Assembly (NCBI GenBank): GCA_032654565.1
Contig: JAULAX010000018.1
Span: 224,001 to 288,000, forward strand
Direction of reading: 5' to 3'
From: Anaeromyxobacteraceae bacterium
GTDB taxonomy: Bacteria; Myxococcota; Myxococcia; Myxococcales; Anaeromyxobacteraceae
DNA length: 64,000 bases
The notes beneath the pieces were generated by a model that saw nothing but the letters and a program-made list of their open reading frames with translations, was not told the origin of the DNA and ran no database searches. Each line of letters begins with the position of its first letter. The stretch's first letter is position 1. Positions 17,762 to 25,917 of the stretch are shown one piece after another. The position numbers were made by a program, and so were the translations under genes.

Positions 17762-19780
17762 CTAGTACACCAGCTGGATCCCCAGGACGTTGTAGGCCGC
17801 GGCCGTGCTCGAGCCGAGCGAGAACCAGAACAGGTCGCCGGCTGCCGGCATGGTGGTGGTCGGGCAGACCGTGGCGTTCCCCGCGAAGGTGAGCAGGCCG
17901 GTCCCGCCGGCCGCAACGGTCAACGAGACCGGCGCATAGGACCACCGCGAAGTCGGGACAGCCACCCCCGAACCGATTCCGCTGGCGAAGAAGAAGAAGC
18001 TGTAGGTCACGGCGGCCGCCGATGGATTGTTGATCGTCACCTTGATGGTCGGATTGGCCGAAATGGGCATGGGCGTGTAGACCTGCACGGCGTCTTGCGA
18101 AGAGGCGCCGGAAGGAACGCTGATGGCCTTGGACTTGGGCCAGGCCCCCACGGTGATGTTCGCGGGCGTGGCCGGCGCCGTGACGAGGCAGTCGGACAGC
18201 GGGACGTTCACGAAGATGGGATGGGAGTGGTCCGAGCGCGCCGCCGAGGTCGCCGCGCCGGTTCCGGCGAAGTTGACGGCCAGCGTCGCGGCGCCTGATG
18301 CCGCGCCGCCGGTCAGGCCGGCGCCGGCGACCACCGAGGTGATGGTGCCGTTGGCGAAGTCGGTGACACAGACCAGGGCGCTGCCGTTCCAGGTGAGGAT
18401 CTGTCCGGCACCACAGGCCGCGGCGGGCCCGGCCAGCGGGGTGACCCAGGCGAAGGTGTCGGAGGCGGTGCGCGAGGGGACCTGCCCGGTGTTCGGCAGG
18501 GTCGCCGTGGTCAGGTTCGACGGCTTGATGACGTTGGCGATGACCGAGTTGGCGACCTGGGCGGTCTGGGCGTTGGTGGCGGAGCTGGCGGTCGTGGCCG
18601 AGGTGGCGTTCCCGCTCAAGGGGCCCACGAAGCTGGCCGCGCTGATGGTCGAGGCGTTCACCACGCCGGTGAAGGTGGGGCTGGCGGTCGGCGCCTTGGC
18701 GTCGAAGCGGGCGTAGTCGGCGGCGGCGATGTAGCCGGCGTTGCCGGTGCCGTCGCCGGCGTGGAACATCTTCAGGGTCGGCACCGTGGTGCCGGTGATG
18801 GTGATGGGCGTGCCGACGGCGGCGGCCACGCCGGTCACGGTGCCGGTGCCGGCCTGGTCGGTGACGCACTGGAAGGCCGTGCCATTCCAGTCGAGGACCT
18901 GGCCGGGCAGGCAGGCGGCGCCCGGCGACGGGGCCTTCCCGCTGAAGGCGGCGAAGTCGAGCGGGTCGATGAAGCCGCTGGTGGTGGCGGTGGCGTGGGC
19001 GATGCTGAGGGCGGGCGTGGCGCCGCCGGTGGAGATCAGGGGGGCGGTGACGCTGATGCTGGTGACGCCGCCGGTGCCGCCGGTGGGTGTGGCGATGCAG
19101 CTCCAGACGCCGCCGTTCGACTGCAGGATCTGGCCGTTGGCGCAGGGCGTGAGGGTCACCGGGGCGACGGAGAGGCCGGTGCCGGAGAGCGGAAAGGCGG
19201 TGATCACGGAGGTGATCCCGGTGTCGAGGTCGGCGGCGCAGGCCCAGGCGGTGCCGTTCCACTTCATCACCTGGTTGGTGGCGCAGCTGGGCGGCGTGAA
19301 GCCGCCGGTCCCGGACGGCGTGGCGATGCAGGTCCAGGCCGTCCCGTTCCACTGCAAGACCTGGTTGGCCACCGTGCACCCGGAGATGCCGGCGTAGTCG
19401 ACCGAGAGGGCGTAGGTGGCGGCGCCGATCGTGACCCTGGGGGTCATCTCCACACCGTCGGCCACCACCGTGACGCCGAGGTACATCTGGTTGAGGAACT
19501 GCGTGTCGGGGAGCGGCACCCCCGACGCGCCCAGCACCACCGAGAACCATCCGGTGGCCGGGTCGGTCGGCACCGCCGTGAAGCTCTCGGTCCACAAGGG
19601 GAGGCCCCCGGTGGCGACGTCGTAGAGCTTGAAGGTGAGGCCCTGCGCCACCGTCTCCACCGCCCCGCCGGTCTTCTTCAAGATGCCGGAGTAGGTCATC
19701 ACGCCCTGGTTCGGCACCGCCGAGGCCAGGGTGGGGAGGAGCACCGCGAGGGCCAGGCCGAGGTTCCTGATGGTCTTCAT
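17762..19780 (-). CDS. Secreted phage-tail-fibre-like repeat protein (putative adhesin)
   Basis: Signal peptide; N-domain TYSGIL...LTFKLYD...LWTE...WFSVVLG...YLGVTV...MTPR; five C-x2/3-(G/N)Q(V/I)(L/M)xWNGxxWxC-like repeats; G(T)VTSV-type shaft repeats. Confidence 0.7.
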   Translation of the reverse strand: MKTIRNLGLALAVLLPTLASAVPNQGVMTYSGILKKTGGAVETVAQGLTFKLYDVATGGLPLWTESFTAVPTDPATGWFSVVLGASGVPLPDTQFLNQMYLGVTVVADGVEMTPRVTIGAATYALSVDYAGISGCTVANQVLQWNGTAWTCIATPSGTGGFTPPSCATNQVMKWNGTAWACAADLDTGITSVITAFPLSGTGLSVAPVTLTPCANGQILQSNGGVWSCIATPTGGTGGVTSISVTAPLISTGGATPALSIAHATATTSGFIDPLDFAAFSGKAPSPGAACLPGQVLDWNGTAFQCVTDQAGTGTVTGVAAAVGTPITITGTTVPTLKMFHAGDGTGNAGYIAAADYARFDAKAPTASPTFTGVVNASTISAASFVGPLSGNATSATTASSATNAQTAQVANSVIANVIKPSNLTTATLPNTGQVPSRTASDTFAWVTPLAGPAAACGAGQILTWNGSALVCVTDFANGTITSVVAGAGLTGGAASGAATLAVNFAGTGAATSAARSDHSHPIFVNVPLSDCLVTAPATPANITVGAWPKSKAISVPSGASSQDAVQVYTPMPISANPTIKVTINNPSAAAVTYSFFFFASGIGSGVAVPTSRWSYAPVSLTVAAGGTGLLTFAGNATVCPTTTMPAAGDLFWFSLGSSTAAAYNVLGIQLVY

Positions 19781-19794
19781 GTGGTCTCCACGCT

Positions 19795-20148
19795 TCAAGG
19801 CGAAAGTGTTCCCTGCGAGATGGAATGGGCGGAGGGCGTGCTCATGTTCCCGGCCCCCCCGCTCAAGGTGCCCTGGGCCACCGCATGGGCCCCGGTGGCC
19901 GACGTCGATCCGGCGCCGGGCGTCAGCTGTCCCCGCTGGATGGTGTGGGTCGTGGTGGGCGAGGTGCAGCCGGAGCCGACCGGGCAGGTGGCGTTGCAGT
20001 TGTTGAGGGTCACGCCGCAGATGTGCGCAGACGTGCAGACCGGCGTGCAGCCCGGGACCACCGGGGGCGCCACCGAGTTGGGATCGATGGTCAGCGAGCA
20101 GCCGGCCAGGCCGAGCAGCAGGGCAGAGAGCGAGGCGATACGGCGCAT
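19795..20148 (-). CDS. Small Cys-rich lipoprotein with three short C-terminal repeats
   Basis: Lipobox LAGC; HTIQRGQLTP / HAVAQGTLSG / HSISQGTLSP. Confidence 0.7.
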   Translation of the reverse strand: MRRIASLSALLLGLAGCSLTIDPNSVAPPVVPGCTPVCTSAHICGVTLNNCNATCPVGSGCTSPTTTHTIQRGQLTPGAGSTSATGAHAVAQGTLSGGAGNMSTPSAHSISQGTLSP

Positions 20149-21105
20149 CTAGAACCTCCCCGAGACCATCGCCACCATGCCGCCCTCGGTGGGCGCCACG
20201 GCCACGGTGGGGCCGCTGGTGAGCAGCAGGTAGGTGGCGACGCCGGCGGTGACGCCGCCGGCCAGGAAGCAGACGTCGGCCAGCGTGGACTTGCTCTTGG
20301 CCTCGTCCTTCTTGCTGGCGTAGGCGGCGGCGTCGCCGGCGGCCGAGGCCTTCTTCTCGGCGTCGAAGGCGGCCTTGGCCTGGAGGCCGAAGAGGGCGCC
20401 CACGCCCACCACCGCCACGCCGGTGCCGCCCAGCGCCCAGCCCCAGGTGCGCCGCGACCAGCCGCCCCCCTTGTCGGACGACTCCACGGAGACCGCGGCC
20501 GGGGTCGAGGCCGTCGGCCTGGCGGCGGTGAGATCCGGCGCGGCGGGCGTGGGCTTGGGCCTGGCGGCCGGCTCGACCCTGGCCACGGCCCCCGGGATCG
20601 GCAGCTCGCCCGCCAGGGGCAGGAGCAGCTTGCGCACCCCGCGCTGCACCGCCGCCACCAGCTTCTCCTCGCTCCCCTCGACCGACTCTCCGAAGCGTCC
20701 GGTCACCCGGGCCTTCTTGGCGTCGACCAGCTTGATGTCGACGCGGTAGAGGGCCCCGAGCTTGCCGAGCGTCCCCACCATCACCTGGTCGACGCCCAGG
20801 GCGCCGCCGATCTCGGCGAGGCAGTTGGAGTCGTCGGTGCAGCCGAGCACCTTCTTCTGCTGGTCGAAGCCGATCATCGAGGCGATGTCGGAGCGGCCGA
20901 TCACCTCGAACTTGTCGATGTTGGCGGCCTCGGTGAGCGCCACCTCGGAGAGCAGCTCGGCCTTGTGGGCCTCGGTGCCGAGCGGCCGGATCTCCATCAC
21001 CGCGATCCGGATCTTCCGCGGGCCGGCCGGCGTCGCCGGGGCGGCGGTCGCCGAGAACGCGGGGAGGAGGAAGCCGATGGCCAGCCAGTGGGTCAGTCGA
21101 CGCAT
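20149..21105 (-). CDS. Exported protein: CsgG/TolB-N-like domain, Pro/Ala linker, glycine-rich helical hairpin and terminal beta-strand ending in Phe
   Basis: Signal peptide; RIAVMEI...GCTDDSNCLAEIGGALGVDQVMVGTLGKLG; C-terminus VAPTEGGMVAMVSGRF; ATG at 21105. Confidence 0.7.
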   Translation of the reverse strand: MRRLTHWLAIGFLLPAFSATAAPATPAGPRKIRIAVMEIRPLGTEAHKAELLSEVALTEAANIDKFEVIGRSDIASMIGFDQQKKVLGCTDDSNCLAEIGGALGVDQVMVGTLGKLGALYRVDIKLVDAKKARVTGRFGESVEGSEEKLVAAVQRGVRKLLLPLAGELPIPGAVARVEPAARPKPTPAAPDLTAARPTASTPAAVSVESSDKGGGWSRRTWGWALGGTGVAVVGVGALFGLQAKAAFDAEKKASAAGDAAAYASKKDEAKSKSTLADVCFLAGGVTAGVATYLLLTSGPTVAVAPTEGGMVAMVSGRF

Positions 21106-21264
21106 TTCGCCCTCTCGTCCGCAGCGTGCGGCTACAAGACGCACAGTATCCTGCCGGCCATCGGCCCCCCGCGACCCTTTAGGGTATGTCGACCCGGAAT
21201 CGCGGGCGCACCGTGAACAGGTGACGCCGCCGGTGGTCGTGTAGAGTTCACCGCGAGGGAAGCC

Positions 21265-22419
21265 ATGCACCTGCGCCGTGCGGTGACCGCCGCGACCATC
21301 CTGGCCCTGTCGACCTCCTGCGCCCTGCTGCGGCCGGCCCGGGTCTCGCCGGACGGGCGTGAGCTGCGGGTGGACGGCGAGCGCTGGCAGGTCCAGGACG
21401 GGCTCACCCTCTTCGAGCGGGACGGCCGGCTGCACGTGGTCTCGGTGGTCGCCGACTTCACCTTCGACGTGGCCGTCCCCTTCGGCCCCGACGGCCGCCC
21501 GGCCTGGCCGGCCCAGGCGCCGTTCGAGGTCGCCGGCGGCCTGATCCGGCTCCACGACCAGGGCGGGGCCACGGTGGCGGCGCTGGTCCAGTCGAAGCAG
21601 CTCCACCCCCACGCCGAGCACTTCCACCTCACCAGCCGCTACGCCAACGCCGACTGGCAGGCGCTCTACGCGCTCCGGGCCGAGGGCTCGGCGCTGGAGC
21701 CGGCGCGGCGGCAGCTGGCCGCCAGCGTGCTCGCCGAGCTGCTCGACGAGCGGCTCCCCGGCACCTCCGAGGAGGCCACCCTGGCGGCGCTGCGCCGCCT
21801 CGACTCGGCCATGGCCAAGGCGCACCGGGCGGTGCTGGCCGGCCAGCCCGGGCAGCAGGTGCTCGGCATCCTCGGCCACGACTTCGAGATCTCCGAGGAC
21901 GGCCGGGCGCTGGAGATCGAGGGGCGGCGGCTCCGCGCCGGGGAGGGGATCCGCTTCACCTACGACGGCGGCCACTTCCACGTGGAGTCGCTGGCCGGCA
22001 CATGGGTGCAGGTGGTCCAGCTCGAGGTCATGGAGCCGGGGACCTTCGAGCTGCCGCCCTCCATCTTCTACGAGCTGCGCGGCGGGGTGGTCGAGGCCCG
22101 GCCCATGTCCGGCAGGTGGCAGGTCCTGGCCGAGTCGCGCCAGCTGCGCTTCACCCGGGACCACTGGCACCTCACCGAGGCCTACCAGCCGCTCCAGCCG
22201 CTGGTCGCCGCCGCCGAGGATCCTTCCAGGTCGGAGGGGCTCCGCGACCGGGCCCGGGCGCGCGCCATGGAGGCGATGCGGATCCGCTTCAGCCTCGGCA
22301 GCGAGCTGGAGCTGGAGTCGCAGCTGGCGACGGTCAACCGGCTCATCGAGCGGCTGGTGGCCGACACCGAGCAGGAGCACCGCCCGCCGCCGGTCCAGAA
22401 GGCGCGTCCGACGCGTTGA
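21265..22419 (+). CDS. Hypothetical lipoprotein with internal duplication and HxH motifs
   Basis: Lipobox LSTSC; two homologous halves; EHFH, GHFH, DHWH. Confidence 0.7.
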   Translation: MHLRRAVTAATILALSTSCALLRPARVSPDGRELRVDGERWQVQDGLTLFERDGRLHVVSVVADFTFDVAVPFGPDGRPAWPAQAPFEVAGGLIRLHDQGGATVAALVQSKQLHPHAEHFHLTSRYANADWQALYALRAEGSALEPARRQLAASVLAELLDERLPGTSEEATLAALRRLDSAMAKAHRAVLAGQPGQQVLGILGHDFEISEDGRALEIEGRRLRAGEGIRFTYDGGHFHVESLAGTWVQVVQLEVMEPGTFELPPSIFYELRGGVVEARPMSGRWQVLAESRQLRFTRDHWHLTEAYQPLQPLVAAAEDPSRSEGLRDRARARAMEAMRIRFSLGSELELESQLATVNRLIERLVADTEQEHRPPPVQKARPTR

Positions 22420-22604
22420 GCGCGGGTGTCAGGCGGCCGCACCAGCGCCGCCCCGGCACCACCTCGAGGTGCGCATCGGCCCACCTGAGAGCCAGATGGT
22501 TGAAGGAAGGGGCGAAATCGATCGCCCTGTACCCATCTGGGACGCGCGACAAAAAGCCCATATTCCGAGGGTAACGCAGTTTTTACGCGCGCAAATTTCG
22601 CCCC

Positions 22605-22618
22605 TTGATCGCCGTCAA
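22605..22618 (+). promoter_or_regulatory. FNR/CRP-family box upstream of hydrogenase operon
   Basis: TTGAT-CGCC-GTCAA, 9/10 match to TTGAT-N4-ATCAA, about 80 nt before the hybO start. Confidence 0.65.
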
Positions 22619-22697
22619 TGCCAAGGGGGGCCCCCTTCGGGCGAACATCCCTGGAACGTCGGTCGGGCCACTCTTCGCCCGCCCCAGGAGGAACACA

Positions 22698-23828
22698 ATG
22701 CCGCAGCCCGTGGTAGCGGAACCCGCAGCGGAACCCTCCGCCTTCTCCCGGCGCGATTTCGTCAAGGTCTGCACGGCGGCCGCGGCCGCCGTCGGCCTGC
22801 CGGCCTGGGCCGGCGAGAAGATGGCGGAGAAGGTCGCCAAGGGGAAGAAGCCCTCGGTCATCTGGCTCCACTTCCAGGAGTGCACCGGCTGCACCGAGTC
22901 GCTGCTGCGCGCCAACGCGCCGGACCTGGGCGAGCTGATCCTCGACCTCATCTCGCTCGACTTCCACGAGACGCTGGCGGCCGCGGCCGGCCACCAGTTC
23001 GAGGCCACGCTCGAGAAGACCATGGCCGAGAACGCCGGCAAGTACGTGCTCATCGTCGAGGGGTCGATCCCGCTCAAGGACGACGGCATCTACTGCTACG
23101 TCGGCGGGAAGAAGGCCATCGACACGCTCAACCGGGTGGCCGAGAAGGCGGCGGCCGTCATCGCCATCGGCTCCTGCGCCTCCTGGGGCGGCGTCCCCTC
23201 CTCGTCGCCCAACCCCACCGGCGCCGTCGGCGTGCCCCAGGCGCTCAAGGGCAAGACCGTGGTGACGCTGCCCGGGTGCCCCGCCAACCCCTACAACCTG
23301 CTCGGCACCGTGCTGCAGTTCGCCACCTTCGGCACCCTGCCGGCGCTCGACGACAAGGGGCGCCCCAAGTTCGCCTACGGCCGGGTCATCCACGAGGACT
23401 GCCCGCGCCGCGCCCACTTCGACAACGGCCGCTTCGCCAGGCAGTTCGGCGACGAGGGTCACCGCAACGGCTGGTGCCTCTACCAGCTCGGCTGCAAGGG
23501 GCCGCAGACCCACGCCAACTGCTCGCTGCTCCACTTCTGCGAGGTGCCGGGCGCCTGGCCCATCGGCACCGGCCACCCGTGCATCGGCTGCACCGAGCAG
23601 GGGATCGTCTTCAACGTCCCCATCCACCAGAACATGAACATCGACAAGCCCACCGCCCCCATGGCCTACCCGACCGTCGGCGGCGCCAAGGGCGAGGTCG
23701 GCGCCATCGCCGCCGGCCTCGGTGGCCTGGTGGTCGGCGCCGTGGCCGGTGCCAGCTACGTCGCCTCCCGCAAGCTGACCGTCCAGGTGCAGAAGGCCGA
23801 GGGCGCCGAGCAGGAGAAGAAGCCATGA
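22698..23828 (+). CDS. hybO: [NiFe] hydrogenase small subunit (Tat-exported, Hyb type)
   Basis: SRRDFVK Tat motif, ECTGCTES, IGSCASWGG, PGCP, HEDCPRR, CLYQLGCKGP, C-terminal TM; AGGAGG RBS. Confidence 0.93.
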   Translation: MPQPVVAEPAAEPSAFSRRDFVKVCTAAAAAVGLPAWAGEKMAEKVAKGKKPSVIWLHFQECTGCTESLLRANAPDLGELILDLISLDFHETLAAAAGHQFEATLEKTMAENAGKYVLIVEGSIPLKDDGIYCYVGGKKAIDTLNRVAEKAAAVIAIGSCASWGGVPSSSPNPTGAVGVPQALKGKTVVTLPGCPANPYNLLGTVLQFATFGTLPALDDKGRPKFAYGRVIHEDCPRRAHFDNGRFARQFGDEGHRNGWCLYQLGCKGPQTHANCSLLHFCEVPGAWPIGTGHPCIGCTEQGIVFNVPIHQNMNIDKPTAPMAYPTVGGAKGEVGAIAAGLGGLVVGAVAGASYVASRKLTVQVQKAEGAEQEKKP

Positions 23829-24700
23829 CCATGACCCGGCGCGGGATGCTCAAGGTCCTCGGCGCCGCGGCCGGCGCCGCCGTGGTGGCCCCGGCGGAGG
23901 CGCGCACCTCCAAGAAGAGCAACCCCGACGACCTCGGGCTGCTCTTCGACGCCACCCGCTGCGTGGGGTGCCGGGCCTGCTCGACCGCCTGCCGGGACGC
24001 CAACAACATGGCCCCCGACGTGGCGGTGATCGCCGGCGCGCCCTACGACGCCCCGGTCGACCTGAACGGCAGCACCCTCTCGGTCATCAAGCAGTGGAGC
24101 ACCGAGAAGCAGACCGGCTTCTTCAAGGCCCAGTGCATGCAGTGCGCCGACCCGGCCTGCTCGTCGGTCTGCATGATGGGCGCCCTGCACAAGGGGAAGC
24201 GCGGCGTGGTGCAGTACGACGTGGAGCGCTGCGTCGGCTGCCGCAACTGCCAGATCGCCTGCCCCTTCAACGTGCCCAAGTTCCAGTGGGCGGCCGCCTC
24301 GCCGAAGATCATCAAGTGCGAGCTCTGCCGCCACCGCTGGGACCAGGGCAAGGGCCCGGCCTGCGCCGAGGCCTGTCCGCGCGGCGCGGTGGTGTCGGGC
24401 AGCCGGCCCGAGCTGCTGGCCGAGGCCAAGCGCCGCCTGGCGGCGACCCCGTCGGCCTACCAGGGCGGCGTCTACGGCGAGACCCAGGGCGGCGGCACCG
24501 CCTGCCTGTACCTGTCGCCGGTCGGCTTCTCGGCCTTCGGGCTGCCGGCGCTGGGCGACCAGCCGGTGCCGGCGCTGGTGGAGACCGTGCAGCACGCCGT
24601 CTACCAGGGCTTCGTGGCCCCGGCGGCCCTGTTCGGGGCCTTCGCCGTCGTCGCCTGGAAGAACCACCGCGCGGCCGGTTCCGGCCCGGAGGAGAAGTGA
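23825..24700 (+). CDS. hybA: Hydrogenase-2 ferredoxin-type subunit
   Basis: TRRGMLK Tat motif; CVGCRACSTAC, CMQCADPACSSVC, CVGCRNCQIACP, KCELC. Confidence 0.9.
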   Translation: MTMTRRGMLKVLGAAAGAAVVAPAEARTSKKSNPDDLGLLFDATRCVGCRACSTACRDANNMAPDVAVIAGAPYDAPVDLNGSTLSVIKQWSTEKQTGFFKAQCMQCADPACSSVCMMGALHKGKRGVVQYDVERCVGCRNCQIACPFNVPKFQWAAASPKIIKCELCRHRWDQGKGPACAEACPRGAVVSGSRPELLAEAKRRLAATPSAYQGGVYGETQGGGTACLYLSPVGFSAFGLPALGDQPVPALVETVQHAVYQGFVAPAALFGAFAVVAWKNHRAAGSGPEEK

Positions 24701-25917
24701 TGACCGCCCGGGCCCAGGCCGTCGAAGGAAAGCTGCTCACCCCGGCCGTCAAGGTGCTGCTGGTGCTCTGGGCGCTCGGCACCGTGGCCGGCCTGCACCG
24801 GTTCGTCTCGGGGCTGGGGGCGGCCACCGCCATGAACGACGGCTACCCCTGGGGCATCTGGATCGCCATCGACGTGGTGGTCGGCACCGGGCTGGCCAGC
24901 GGCGGCTACGTCCTGGCCTTCCTGGTCTTCATCCTCAACAAGGGGCGGTACCACCCGCTGGTCCGCCCGGCGCTGCTCACCAGCCTGCTCGGCTACGGCG
25001 TGGCCGGCGTGGCGGTGGCCTTCGATCTGGGCCGCTACTGGACCATGTGGCGCATCCCGGTGTCTCCGCACCAGTGGAGCAGCACCTCGGTGCTCCTCGA
25101 GGTGGCGCTCTGCATGATGGCCTACGTCATGGTCATCTTCCTGGAGCTCTCGCCGGCCTGGCTGGAGGGGCTCTCCGCCAGCCGCAACCCGGAGCGGGCC
25201 CGGTGGGCCGCGGCCTGGCTGCCGCGCGCCGAGAAGGCGCTGCCCTTCTTCATCGCCTTCGGCCTGCTGCTCCCCACCATGCACCAGTCCAGCCTGGGCG
25301 GGCTGATGATGATGGCCGGGCACAAGCTGCACCCGCTCTGGCACACCGGCTTCCTGCCCATCTACTTCCTCTTCACCGCCTTCGCCATGGGCTTCGGGGT
25401 GCTCTACTTCGAGTCCATCTTCTCCAGCGTCTCCTTCAAGCGGCCGCTGGAGAACCGGCTGCTGGCCACCCTGGGCCGGTACGTGGCCGGGGTGATCCTG
25501 GCCTTCCTGGCGATGCGCTTCGTGGTCCTCGGCGTCGAGGGGAAGCTGGGCCTGGTCTTCTCGGCGGGGCGGATGGGCTTCTTCTTCTGGGCCGAGATCC
25601 TCATCTTGCTGGGCTCGGCCGTCATCTTCCTGCGCCAGGGCGAGCACGGCCTGCCGCACCAGCAGCTCCAGGCGGCGCTGCTGGCCATGCTGGGCGGCAC
25701 CCTCTACCGCATCGACGTCTTCCTGGTGGCCTACGATCCCGGCAACGGCTGGATCTACTTCCCCAGCGTCTCTGAGATCCTCATCACCCTCGGGCTGATC
25801 GCCACCGAGACGGTGATCTACGTCCTGGTGGTCCGGAAGTTTCCTATCCTCGCCGGCGTCACGTCGCCTCCAGGGCGTGAAGTCCCGGCCGGTCTCAAGC
25901 AAGGGGCGACGCCATGA
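24700..25917 (+). CDS. hybB: Hydrogenase-2 NrfD/PsrC-type membrane subunit
   Basis: GYPWGIWI, YHPLVRPALL, SVLLEVALC, LPTMHQSSLG; multiple TM helices. Confidence 0.9.
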   Translation: MTARAQAVEGKLLTPAVKVLLVLWALGTVAGLHRFVSGLGAATAMNDGYPWGIWIAIDVVVGTGLASGGYVLAFLVFILNKGRYHPLVRPALLTSLLGYGVAGVAVAFDLGRYWTMWRIPVSPHQWSSTSVLLEVALCMMAYVMVIFLELSPAWLEGLSASRNPERARWAAAWLPRAEKALPFFIAFGLLLPTMHQSSLGGLMMMAGHKLHPLWHTGFLPIYFLFTAFAMGFGVLYFESIFSSVSFKRPLENRLLATLGRYVAGVILAFLAMRFVVLGVEGKLGLVFSAGRMGFFFWAEILILLGSAVIFLRQGEHGLPHQQLQAALLAMLGGTLYRIDVFLVAYDPGNGWIYFPSVSEILITLGLIATETVIYVLVVRKFPILAGVTSPPGREVPAGLKQGATP

